A stretch of DNA of 64,000 nt from Anaerolineae bacterium (lineage in GTDB: Bacteria; Chloroflexota; Anaerolineae; UBA1429): positions 2,112,001-2,176,000 of the forward strand of contig OY776562.1 in NCBI GenBank assembly GCA_963675785.1, read 5' to 3'. Position numbers and translations under genes: made by a program. Below the pieces are notes generated by a model, which searched no databases, was not told where the DNA came from, and saw nothing but the letters and a program-made list of their open reading frames with translations. This document shows, one piece after another, positions 47,041 through 56,619 of the stretch; position 1 is the stretch's first letter; the number at the start of each line of letters is the position of its first letter.

Positions 47041-48291
47041 TTAGGTCAAATAGTCACGCAGCTTGCGACTTCGAGTTGGATGACGCAACTTGCGCAACGC
47101 CTTGGATTCAATCTGACGAATGCGCTCGCGTGTGACGCCAAACCGCTGGCCCACCTCTTCAAGAGTATGCGTCTGGCCGTCTTCGAGACCGAAACGCATG
47201 ATCAGCACCTCTCGCTCGCGTTCTTTGAGAGAATCAAGGCTTTCGGCAATCTGCTCACGAAGCAATTCGCGGTCCGTCTCTTCTACCGGGCTGGCCGTAT
47301 TTTCATCCGCAATAAAGTCCACCAACACACTGTTCTCTTCAGAACCAACTGGTGTCTCCAAAGACATGGGCTCTTGCGAAACGCGCATGAGTTGCTGCAC
47401 TTTATCAGCAGAATTCTCCAACCGTATGGCAACATCGCGTGGAAGTGCAGTGCCTGTGGTGCTGCAATTTTCGATAATACGCTGATCCTCTTTGGTAACA
47501 AAATCCAAGGCCATGGCCGTCTCTTCAGGCGTTGGATCCCGTCCCAGTTCTTGTTGCAGTTGGCGTTGTGCACGGGTAACACGATTGATCGATTCGACCA
47601 TATGGACGGGAATACGAATAGTTCGCGCTTGGTCGGCAATTGCCCTTGTAACCGCCTGTCGGATCCACCAGGTGGCATAAGTGCTGAACTTGAACCCACG
47701 CTTGTAATCAAACTTTTCAACAGCGCGGATCAAGCCAAGATTTCCTTCCTGAATCAGATCAAGAAACGAAAGCCCTCTGCCAAGATAGCGCTTGGCCACG
47801 CTAACCACCAGGCGAAGGTTGGCCTCAGTCAATCGCCTCTGAGCCACATCTCCCTGAAGCACCTTGAGTTTTGTAGTCTGGAGCTCTTGGGCAGAAAGAC
47901 TCGTCTCGGGGTCAGCCAATAACGCTTGCGCCTCAAAGCCTTCTTGCACAGCCTTGGCAAGGCGGACTTCTTCTTCACCAGAAAGAAGAGGTACCCGACC
48001 TATTTCGCGGAGATACATGCGTACAGGATCGTTGATCAGTGAAGGATCGTTGGAACTATTATCAGAAGTAGTGCGCATACGCGAGGCATCAGCCTCGATC
48101 TCTTTGTCCTCAACGGTTATAACCGGGATTTCCAGTTCTTCGAGAGACTCACGCAAACCTATAACCTGCCTCTTGGTTGCAGAAGCAGGAAGGGCGTCTT
48201 TGATGTCTTCTTCTGTCACATAGCCGCTTCGCTCGGCTTTTTCAACAAGCCTGCTGAACAATTGATCCTGTAGCGTGGGATCTGATGACAT
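47041..48291 (-). CDS. rpoD: Primary sigma factor RpoD/SigA
   Basis: Region 1.1 present, [11 protein letters not shown] and [24 protein letters not shown]; follows dnaG. Confidence 0.96.
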   Translation of the reverse strand: MSSDPTLQDQLFSRLVEKAERSGYVTEEDIKDALPASATKRQVIGLRESLEELEIPVITVEDKEIEADASRMRTTSDNSSNDPSLINDPVRMYLREIGRVPLLSGEEEVRLAKAVQEGFEAQALLADPETSLSAQELQTTKLKVLQGDVAQRRLTEANLRLVVSVAKRYLGRGLSFLDLIQEGNLGLIRAVEKFDYKRGFKFSTYATWWIRQAVTRAIADQARTIRIPVHMVESINRVTRAQRQLQQELGRDPTPEETAMALDFVTKEDQRIIENCSTTGTALPRDVAIRLENSADKVQQLMRVSQEPMSLETPVGSEENSVLVDFIADENTASPVEETDRELLREQIAESLDSLKEREREVLIMRFGLEDGQTHTLEEVGQRFGVTRERIRQIESKALRKLRHPTRSRKLRDYLT

Positions 48292-48312
48292 TCTTTGCTC
48301 CAAACTGGACGC

Positions 48313-50184
48313 TTACTTGCGACTCTTGCCCATCAAGGTTACTTCATATGCGCGCCGATTAGCTAGTTCAATCTCTCGCGAGATCTCTTCAGCCCTGGCT
48401 CCAAGACGTTCAGCCTCTTGCTTGTCGCCAGACTGTCGTGCATCCTCAAGGGCATATCGCAACTCTGCCAATGACCGGGAAAGATGTGCCTTGCGCATAC
48501 GTAGCGCACTTTTGATCAGATCCTCGATCGCCATATCCTCGGACATGGCTGGCCCCGCCGTCAGGGCATCGCGCGTGGATTCTACACGACCTACTAGCTC
48601 TTCGTCAAGCCATTCTAACTTCTCTTTTGAATCTTCTACTGTCTTTTTTTCAAGTGTAAGCAGCTCTTCAAAGAGAGCACGGTTGCGCACATCTTGAAAT
48701 GCTTCTGCATCGATTCCCGAGAGACTGCGGACTTGCTCAAACCGTTGGGGATAGAGCCATAGCAAACCAACTACACGATCCTCAATCGAGAGCGCACGCG
48801 CGGGTTGTCGCTGCGTCTCTGCCGCCTCCACCGGTTGCGCAGAATCCCGCTGACGATATCTGCGCATCTCCCGAGCCAACACCTGCTCGGATACTCGAAC
48901 AAGTTGTGACAGACGCTGCAGATAATGGCTTTGCTCAACCTGGCTGTCAATGGCAGCAATGACCGGCAAAATCCGTTCGGTAAACTGGCGTTTGCCCCGC
49001 GCCGTAGTCAAATCCTCTTCGGATGAGACAATACGCATCACAAAATCAACAAAGGGTACGGCCTCTTCTACAGCCTGATCCCAAAGCGCCCGATCGCGGA
49101 GGATAACCTCATCTGGGTCTAGTCCATCCGGAAGTGTCATCACCCGAATCTCGGCATTCAGCTGATTCTCATAGCGCACCACACCATCAGCGGATACCAG
49201 TGGCACTATTTTGTGCCCCAATCCGTCCCTGGCCGCATCCACCCCTCGCAATGTTGCATTGATACCAGCCGTATCCGGATCCAGCGCAAAAAGAAGCCTA
49301 TCCGTCATGCCACGCAGAATCTTGATATGGTCGTTGGTCAACGCCGTGCCCAGGCAGGCCACAAGATTGCGTACCCCTTCCTGATAGGGCACGATGACAT
49401 CCATATAACCCTCTACGATGACAACCGTTCCTGTGTCGCGAATTGCCTGGCGCGCTAGATCAATGCCATAGAGCACGCTGCCCTTGTGGAACAACGGCGT
49501 TTCGGGGCTGTTCAGGTATTTGGGCTGCGAATCATTGAGCACACGTCCACCAAAACCCATTACCCGACCGCGGTGATCACGAATTGGGAACATGATCCGC
49601 CCGCGGAATCGATCATATATGTTGCCCGAATCGCTTTGGGTGAGCAGCCCTGCTTTGAGCAAGTCGCTTTGTGGATACAAGCGCAAGAGGCGCTGTTCTA
49701 GAACATGCCAATCGTCTGGCGCAAAACCAAGTTGATAGGCACGAAGTGTCTCTGGCCTGAGACCTCTTTTGGTCAGGTACTGCCTGGCCTCTTCAGCGCG
49801 GGGATCATTGAGTAACAGGTGATTGTAAAAATCGGCCGCTGAAGCATTGACCTCGAACAAGCGATCGCGCTCGCTCTTGATGGCCTGTTCCTGCGGCGTC
49901 TGCGGACGCAGCTCAACCCCAGCCCGTTCGGCCAACATACGTAGCGCTTCGCCAAAAGCCAGGTTCTCTTGCTTCATGATAAAAGCAAAGACATCGCCGC
50001 CCGTGCCGCAAGAACCAAAACAGTGCCATGTTTGGGTATCGGGAAAAACGATGAACGATGGCGTCTTTTCAGTGTGGAACGGGCAAAGGCCTTTGTAGCT
50101 GTGGCCGGCCTTTTTTAGTTCCACATACTGACTAATAACATCCACCAGATCGAGGCGCTGGCGGATTTCGTCGACGACATCCAC
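48313..50184 (-). CDS. dnaG: DNA primase
   Basis: CPFHTEKTPSF..CFGSC, PKYLNSPET and VEGYMD motifs. Confidence 0.97.
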   Translation of the reverse strand: MDVVDEIRQRLDLVDVISQYVELKKAGHSYKGLCPFHTEKTPSFIVFPDTQTWHCFGSCGTGGDVFAFIMKQENLAFGEALRMLAERAGVELRPQTPQEQAIKSERDRLFEVNASAADFYNHLLLNDPRAEEARQYLTKRGLRPETLRAYQLGFAPDDWHVLEQRLLRLYPQSDLLKAGLLTQSDSGNIYDRFRGRIMFPIRDHRGRVMGFGGRVLNDSQPKYLNSPETPLFHKGSVLYGIDLARQAIRDTGTVVIVEGYMDVIVPYQEGVRNLVACLGTALTNDHIKILRGMTDRLLFALDPDTAGINATLRGVDAARDGLGHKIVPLVSADGVVRYENQLNAEIRVMTLPDGLDPDEVILRDRALWDQAVEEAVPFVDFVMRIVSSEEDLTTARGKRQFTERILPVIAAIDSQVEQSHYLQRLSQLVRVSEQVLAREMRRYRQRDSAQPVEAAETQRQPARALSIEDRVVGLLWLYPQRFEQVRSLSGIDAEAFQDVRNRALFEELLTLEKKTVEDSKEKLEWLDEELVGRVESTRDALTAGPAMSEDMAIEDLIKSALRMRKAHLSRSLAELRYALEDARQSGDKQEAERLGARAEEISREIELANRRAYEVTLMGKSRK

Positions 50185-50185
50185 C

Positions 50186-53100
50186 TTAATCCACCTCTCC
50201 CGACAATCCTTCAGTTCGGGTCACCCGTATGGGGCCATCAGCCACATAGAGTTCGCCCGTTGTCGTATCCAAGTCACTTGCTCGACTGTATCCTTCGGGA
50301 ACCAAGGCTTGTTGGCTGATAATCTCAAGGGTATATGGATCCAGCAAATACATTGTCGTTGGCGTGAGCAAAATGACCGATTCACCATCCGCCGAGAGCT
50401 GCACATGATTAGCGATCGAAAGAGGCTCTGTAGGATTGCCCCACAAGCTCGCCGTAATACGGCCAGTCAGCGTATCAATGGCTTGAATGCCCCCATACTT
50501 GGCCGAAAGAGAATTAACGATGTAAAGACGATTGCGCTCACTATCCAACACCATATCGGCGGGCATGGCAGTCCCCGTCAATTCGATGTAACTCTCGATA
50601 GCCAAATTAGTCGTATTTATCAAGGCTAGACGACTGGCCTCTGGCTCAGCGACATAGAGCTTGCCGTTGGCCTCATCAAGCAGCATCATGTCGGGGATCG
50701 TCCCCAAATCGAGGCTATCGACAACGGCGCCACTCTTGGCATCGGCCAACACGAGCTGATCACTGCCTGCATCGGCGATCAACAGACCTTGACCCGATAG
50801 AATAGCAGCCACAGGCTTGCCCAAATCACTGACCGCACCAAGTAGATTGCCATCGCTGTCCAGCAGATCCACGCGCCCTTCATCGAAAAGCGGCACCGCC
50901 ACAGAACCCGTGGCTTCATCCAAGCCCACAATACCCAAGGAGCTGGTGTAGTTGAGGGAGTAAACAATCTCCCCCGTCGAGAGATCGACGCTCGTTAGAG
51001 CTTTATAGCGCGTCACCACCATACGTTGTAGGGCTTCATCGATCTGCAATGTAGAGACTCTGGCATCGGCCTTGTTCTCCTCGGCCAAGGAGATATCCCC
51101 TTCCACCAGATCGTAGGTGACGGGGGGTGAAAGGGTCGTTAGCTGTACAGTTTCGCCAGTCGCCGTCTGGATCGCCACATGATCAGAAGAGTTGGTAGAA
51201 ATCGCATCACAAGCCTCGACTGAAATATTGTCTACCAGCATTGAGGTAACGCCTTCGCTCGGGATACCATCGTTATAAACACCAAAATAAAGATATAATG
51301 TCTGACCGGCATAATCGGTAAGGTCATAGTAATAACCGACCCAGTCCGAAGTATTGTTCAAGCTCCAGAGAAGTGCTCTAGAAGTGCCAAGATCCTCTGA
51401 TCTCAGTAAAATACACTGGTAGTCGCCAGAAGTATCGGAAGAAGAATATTTGGCCCAGAAGATCAAGGCAATATCATCAGCTTCAGGCAATGTGATCTTT
51501 TGCTGAACAGAACTAAAGGAATAGCAATCTTTGCTAGAATTCACGATGCCGATGCGTAAAGCCTGTGTCCCCGCATAAGCATCGCTGGTATAGCTAGCTG
51601 GATATCCTCCCTGAAGAGTCCAGACACTGCTCGTTTCGCAATTCCCATTCGTCACTAGTTCTACACAACCCTGCACGGGCGCCGGCGTTGGCTCGGTCGT
51701 CAAGTCTGCATACTGATAAATCAACGGCAGGTTCCAAACCAACGTACCCGCTGAATAGGGTGTAGGCGTGGGCAGAACGGTATCCGAAGGGATGCGCACA
51801 GGAGCGGCATTCGTCAACGCAGCACTGCCGTTGGATGGCGTCGTCAGGGTAGCATCGATGGTACGAGTGCCCGTGGCGCCACCAGAACGCGCCTCAAAAG
51901 TGAGCTCTAGCGTGCCCTCAACTAGAGTGCTGGGTTTGGAAGCTGCGGCTAACACATCGTATTGCGCATGTGTGCTGCCGTCATTATCGCGCCAATCCCA
52001 CATATCCCAATTGCCGTTTGGATCAACCAATTCAAAGGGGCAGACCCCTATCACTTCGGACCACTGCGACCAATAGTCGGTCATAGCCCTGAGCATATAG
52101 TTAGCGCGATTGCTTTCGCCTATCTTGTCATACTCAAGATCGTTTGCACTCAAAGCATATCCCGTCTCAGTGATGAGTACCTGCAAATCATCACGACCGT
52201 ATTGTGCTAGACGTTGTAGTTCAAGCAAATAGCTATCAATACTATAGTTAGAGTAACTTGTTATATTTCCAGCATGTAGATTGTATTCAGGAGGACGATT
52301 GCCAGGATAAGTATGGGCAGCCCACACATCAAAAGAATCCAACCAGCCGCTCACTCGAGCCATACGGTCGATGAACGCCAACGCAGCAATGTTTCCGCCA
52401 TTGGGTGAAAGTCCACCATTCATGATGACGATACGATCATCGCCCAAGGCTCGTATGGCAGCCGATACGTCCACCATCATAGCAGCGTATTCTTCGGGGT
52501 TAGCCTCATCCCCCCACTCCAAATTCAAGTTGGGCTCGTTCCAAATCTCGATATAGAGGAGATGATCATTGGGAATGTACTGCCGCAGGCCATCTACTAC
52601 GCGGGCAAAAGCCGCGGCGATTGAACTATAATCACCGGGAGCGTCAGCAATCGGTTTGTTCCAATAACCACTGCCATAGGTGCCCGCCAGACGAATGACT
52701 GGAGTAATGTTATTTGCATAACAAATTTCAACAAACTTTTCCCAACACGGCTGGGGGCCAGGTGTAGATGCCTCGATATCCTTAAAGAGCTGCTTGGCGT
52801 AGGTGTTTTCACCCACTACTTCAAGTGTCCAGTTCAACTGCTGATTAATACCGTCGGTATTGCAGTAATCTTGTACAAAAGTATTCATGCCATATACGGT
52901 GGTGGTACGCGCAGCAGGGATGGTAAAATCAGAGGCGGACCACCGTAGCGTATCACCAGAGACTACAGGATTCACCCCAGCCTTTGTGACACCATTGGAG
53001 GTCAGCGTGGTACTACCCGATACATAGGTAAAACCATCGGGCAAAGTCACCACAAGTGTAGCACCATCAACCTCGTTCTCAGCGGTATTCTCAACGGTGA

Positions 53101-53260
53101 GCGTATAAGTAACGGTATCTCCAGATACTACAGCCGAAGGAGAAGCCGAGGCCGACATCGCGACAGTAGGTGAGTCAGCAGATGCAACAGAGGTGGCTAT
53201 GGTCAAGAGGGCCAGCAGCGCCACACCGAACAGACTGCGGGCCGCGATGCGTTTGCGCAT
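50186..53260 (-). CDS. Secreted multidomain glycoside hydrolase (DUF11/Ig-like, clan GH-A barrel, jelly-roll, beta-propeller)
   Basis: Signal peptide, GDTVTYTLTVEN..LPDGFTYVSGS, IWNEPN, HTYP and ITETGY, Pro/Thr linker, ELVTNGNCE..VDNISV module and YncE-like repeats. Confidence 0.75.
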   Translation of the reverse strand: MRKRIAARSLFGVALLALLTIATSVASADSPTVAMSASASPSAVVSGDTVTYTLTVENTAENEVDGATLVVTLPDGFTYVSGSTTLTSNGVTKAGVNPVVSGDTLRWSASDFTIPAARTTTVYGMNTFVQDYCNTDGINQQLNWTLEVVGENTYAKQLFKDIEASTPGPQPCWEKFVEICYANNITPVIRLAGTYGSGYWNKPIADAPGDYSSIAAAFARVVDGLRQYIPNDHLLYIEIWNEPNLNLEWGDEANPEEYAAMMVDVSAAIRALGDDRIVIMNGGLSPNGGNIAALAFIDRMARVSGWLDSFDVWAAHTYPGNRPPEYNLHAGNITSYSNYSIDSYLLELQRLAQYGRDDLQVLITETGYALSANDLEYDKIGESNRANYMLRAMTDYWSQWSEVIGVCPFELVDPNGNWDMWDWRDNDGSTHAQYDVLAAASKPSTLVEGTLELTFEARSGGATGTRTIDATLTTPSNGSAALTNAAPVRIPSDTVLPTPTPYSAGTLVWNLPLIYQYADLTTEPTPAPVQGCVELVTNGNCETSSVWTLQGGYPASYTSDAYAGTQALRIGIVNSSKDCYSFSSVQQKITLPEADDIALIFWAKYSSSDTSGDYQCILLRSEDLGTSRALLWSLNNTSDWVGYYYDLTDYAGQTLYLYFGVYNDGIPSEGVTSMLVDNISVEACDAISTNSSDHVAIQTATGETVQLTTLSPPVTYDLVEGDISLAEENKADARVSTLQIDEALQRMVVTRYKALTSVDLSTGEIVYSLNYTSSLGIVGLDEATGSVAVPLFDEGRVDLLDSDGNLLGAVSDLGKPVAAILSGQGLLIADAGSDQLVLADAKSGAVVDSLDLGTIPDMMLLDEANGKLYVAEPEASRLALINTTNLAIESYIELTGTAMPADMVLDSERNRLYIVNSLSAKYGGIQAIDTLTGRITASLWGNPTEPLSIANHVQLSADGESVILLTPTTMYLLDPYTLEIISQQALVPEGYSRASDLDTTTGELYVADGPIRVTRTEGLSGEVD

Positions 53261-53309
53261 CCAGGGTCCTCCTCAGAGGAAGTCTGAAGGCATTCCTTCA
53301 GGCTAAGCT

Positions 53310-53338
53310 AGATTACTCGCACCACACGGCGTTGTCAA
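53310..53338 (-). promoter_or_regulatory. Promoter of the GH-dnaG-rpoD unit
   Basis: TTGACA-17-TAATCT. Confidence 0.75.
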
Positions 53339-53400
53339 TCGCCCTCGATATGACAAGAGGGCCAGTCCTACTTGGGCCGGCCCTCCAGTAAAAGCAGGTA

Positions 53401-56058
53401 TTACTCTATGCCAAGAGCGGCATGTGCGGCAGCCAGTCGGGCCACAGGCACTCGGAAGGGTGAGCAGCTCACATACGTAAGCCCCACCTCGTGGAAGAAC
53501 TTGATAGAAGCCGGATCGCCGCCATGCTCACCACAAACACCCAGAAGGATATCCGGGCGAACAGCGCGTCCTTGCTCTACGGCCATCTTGACTAGCCTAC
53601 CGACGCCGCCCCGATCCATCGACTGGAAAGGGCTCACAGGCAAGATGCCTCGTTTGACATAGTCCAGCAAGAACTTGCCCTCGGCATCATCGCGCGAATA
53701 GCCAAAGCTCATCTGGGTCAGGTCGTTGGTGCCAAAGCTAAAGAATTCGGCCTCAACGGCGAGCTCGTCGCTGGTCACGGCACCGCGTGGTGTCTCGATC
53801 ATCGTGCCGAATAGAGCCTCAACATCAACGCCTTTTTCTCCCATAACCTGGGCAGCTACAGTGCGTAGCTTGGCGATTTCGGTCTTGAGCTCGTTGATGT
53901 GCGATACCAGCGGGATCATAACCTCGACCTTGACGTCGATACCCTCAGCAGCTTTGTTGCAGGCCGCCTCAAAGATGGCACGCACCTGCATCTCGGTCAG
54001 GCCCTTGTAGCTGATGCCCGCACGACAGCCGCGTAAGCCCATCATCGGGTTGATCTCGGAAAGATCGGTGACCAGGCTGAGCAAAGCCTCTTTTTCGGCC
54101 AGCTCCTTCGGATCGGTCCCAATGCAGCGCAGCTTGACGACTTCTTCCAACAACTCATAACGGCTGGGCAGAAACTCGTGCATGGGTGCGTCCAATAGAC
54201 GAATAGTGACGGGCAGGCCGTCCATCGCCTCAAAAATGCCCTCAAAGTCTGCACGCTGGATCGGCAGTATCTCGTCCAGGAATCCCTGACGCGCAGCATC
54301 GTTCTGGGCCATGATCATGCCCACAATAGCCTTGCGCGCCTTTTCCTCAAAGAACATGTGCTCGGTGCGGCAAAGGCCAATGCCCTCGGCGCCCAAAGTG
54401 CGAGCGCGGACGGCATCGCGCGGATAATCGGCATTGGCATACACACCCAATACGCGAATTTCATCAGCCCAGCTGAGCAACGTGCGCAGTTCATGCTCTT
54501 GATCAAGATCCACTTCGTGGGTGGGAATAGCACCGCAAAAGACCTCGCCAGTTGTGCCGTCAATCGAGATGACATCGCCTTCACTGACGGTCAGATCGCC
54601 GATGGTAAAGCGGGCATTGATCTCGTCAACCTTGATGTCCTCACAGCCCACCACACAAGGTAGGTTGCTGCCGCGGGCGACCACAGCTGCATGAGACGTA
54701 GCACCGCCGTGCTGGGTGAGAACGCCCTTGCTAGAGAGCATACCGCCCACATCGTCGGGTGATGTTTCGGGGCGGACGAGAATGACATTCTCATTGGCTG
54801 AGCGATCTTCAGCACGAACGGAATCAAAAACGGCCACGCCCGTGGCAGCACCCGGAGAGGCGTTTAGCCCCTTGGTAATGAGCAAATCGGCCGCTGCTTC
54901 TTTGGCCGCGGGATCAAATGAAGGATGGAGCATGACATCGACCTGCGTAGCGGTTACACGAGCCACAGCCTCTTCTTTAGTAATGAGGCCCTCATTAGCC
55001 TGGTCCACGGCAATCTTGATGGCCGCGCGCGCGGTGCGCTTGCCATTGCGGGTCTGCAACATGTAGAGCTTGCCGCGCTCAACGGTAAACTCGAGGTCCT
55101 GCATATCGCGATAATGCTTTTCGAGCATCATAGCCACATCAAGAAACTGCTTGTAAACCTCGGGGTTTCTTGCTTCCAACTCGGCAATCTTGAGTGGCGT
55201 GCGAATACCGGCCACCACATCTTCGCCCTGAGCGTTCTCCAGGTACTCGCCAAACAGAGCCTTGTCACCCGTGTTCGGGTTGCGCGTAAAAGCCACGCCT
55301 GTGCCAGAATTGTCACCCATGTTGCCGAACACCATGGTGCAAATGTTTACCGCCGTGCCCCAGCTATCGGCCATATTGTTGTGGCGGCGATAGGTGACGG
55401 CATTGGGACCAAACCATGAATCGAATACGGCTTCAATACCCTGGCGAAGCTGCTCCCAGACATCCTCAGGGAACTCGACACCGAGCTCAGCCTTGTAGAG
55501 TGCCTTGAATTCTTTGACCACGTTCTGGAGCATTTCCATGGTAAGATCTGTATCGCGGCCACCTACGGTCTTGGCCTTGTAGGCGTCAAGAATGGCTTCG
55601 AATTTACGACCATCTATGCCTTTAACGATGCGTCCAAACATGGAGATGAGCCGACGGTATGAATCGAGAGCAAAACGCTCGTTGCCAGAGAGTTCAGCCA
55701 GTCCTTTGAGCGTCTCACCGTTGAGGCCCAGGTTTAGTACTGTGTCCATCATGCCGGGCATAGAAACGCGAGCACCCGAGCGAACCGATACCAACAGGGG
55801 GTTGCTGGGGTCGCCAAACCGTTTGCCAGTTTGCTCCTCAACCACCTTCATTGACTCTAGAACCTGATCCCACATATTCTCTGGAAACTGCTTGCCAGCA
55901 TCGAAATAAGCCAGGCAGGCTTCCGTTGTGCAGGTAAAACCAGGAGGTACTGGCAAGCCAGCATTCGTCATCTCTGCAAGACCTGCGCCCTTGCCTCCAA
56001 GCAGATCCCGCATGTCTCTGTTCCCCTCAGAGAACAAATACACCCACTTTTTCCCCAT
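53401..56058 (-). CDS. ppdK: Pyruvate, phosphate dikinase
   Basis: LLGGKGAGLAEM, VRSGARVSMPGMMDT, GGATSHAAVVAR, FSFGTNDL and CGEHGG motifs. Start MGKKWVY at 56058. Confidence 0.97.
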   Translation of the reverse strand: MGKKWVYLFSEGNRDMRDLLGGKGAGLAEMTNAGLPVPPGFTCTTEACLAYFDAGKQFPENMWDQVLESMKVVEEQTGKRFGDPSNPLLVSVRSGARVSMPGMMDTVLNLGLNGETLKGLAELSGNERFALDSYRRLISMFGRIVKGIDGRKFEAILDAYKAKTVGGRDTDLTMEMLQNVVKEFKALYKAELGVEFPEDVWEQLRQGIEAVFDSWFGPNAVTYRRHNNMADSWGTAVNICTMVFGNMGDNSGTGVAFTRNPNTGDKALFGEYLENAQGEDVVAGIRTPLKIAELEARNPEVYKQFLDVAMMLEKHYRDMQDLEFTVERGKLYMLQTRNGKRTARAAIKIAVDQANEGLITKEEAVARVTATQVDVMLHPSFDPAAKEAAADLLITKGLNASPGAATGVAVFDSVRAEDRSANENVILVRPETSPDDVGGMLSSKGVLTQHGGATSHAAVVARGSNLPCVVGCEDIKVDEINARFTIGDLTVSEGDVISIDGTTGEVFCGAIPTHEVDLDQEHELRTLLSWADEIRVLGVYANADYPRDAVRARTLGAEGIGLCRTEHMFFEEKARKAIVGMIMAQNDAARQGFLDEILPIQRADFEGIFEAMDGLPVTIRLLDAPMHEFLPSRYELLEEVVKLRCIGTDPKELAEKEALLSLVTDLSEINPMMGLRGCRAGISYKGLTEMQVRAIFEAACNKAAEGIDVKVEVMIPLVSHINELKTEIAKLRTVAAQVMGEKGVDVEALFGTMIETPRGAVTSDELAVEAEFFSFGTNDLTQMSFGYSRDDAEGKFLLDYVKRGILPVSPFQSMDRGGVGRLVKMAVEQGRAVRPDILLGVCGEHGGDPASIKFFHEVGLTYVSCSPFRVPVARLAAAHAALGIE

Positions 56059-56193
56059 TATCAAACCCCCTTGTTTGGCGTAGCGCCCTTTGGACGCGTG
56101 ATTATAGGTCCCATGACCTGATTCTGCAACTCTGCAACCACTGTTTAGTTTCAGCGTATAGATTATGATGCTAAAAAAATGGAGAGTAACTAA

Positions 56194-56571
56194 ATGAGCC
56201 TGTTGATGAATGTCCTCTGGATCCTCCTCGGCGGATTCCTGGTTTTCTTTTTCTACCTTATCGGTGGCGTGGTGCTGTGCTGCACCATTATCGGCATTCC
56301 CTTTGGCGTTCAACTGATCAAGCTGTCGCTCTTGGGCCTAGCCCCCTTTGGCAAAGAAGTAGATACCACCGGATCTGCCGCTGGCCTCTTGCCCATCCTG
56401 ATGAATGTGCTCTGGTGGGTCTTTGGCGGCGTCGAGGTCGCCATCGTACACCTCGTGTTCGCCCTGCTCTGTGCCATCACCGTCGTCGGGCTGCCCCTGG
56501 CCGCCCAGCACATGAAACTACTCAAGATGGCACTGGTGCCCTTTGGTGCACAAATTCGCGAAGCCCGCTAG
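56194..56571 (+). CDS. YccF-domain inner membrane protein
   Basis: Two repeats of NVLW..GG..TIIGIPF..PFG. Confidence 0.92.
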   Translation: MSLLMNVLWILLGGFLVFFFYLIGGVVLCCTIIGIPFGVQLIKLSLLGLAPFGKEVDTTGSAAGLLPILMNVLWWVFGGVEVAIVHLVFALLCAITVVGLPLAAQHMKLLKMALVPFGAQIREAR

Positions 56572-56580
56572 CGTAAAACA

Positions 56581-56616
56581 AAAAGCGGGGTAGGCATTCC
56601 CCTACCCCGCTCGTTT
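56581..56616. terminator. Terminator between convergent yccF and glyQS
   Basis: AAAAGCGGGGTAGG-CATTC-CCTACCCCGCT. Confidence 0.85.
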
Positions 56617-56619
56617 GAC

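Noticed and set aside
46870-47922. 350-aa plus-strand ORF
   Set aside because: Antisense shadow of rpoD and tRNA-Asn.
56059-56313. 85-aa N-terminal extension of PPDK in the ORF track
   Set aside because: It overlaps the divergent yccF gene; homology and the RBS point to ATG 56058.
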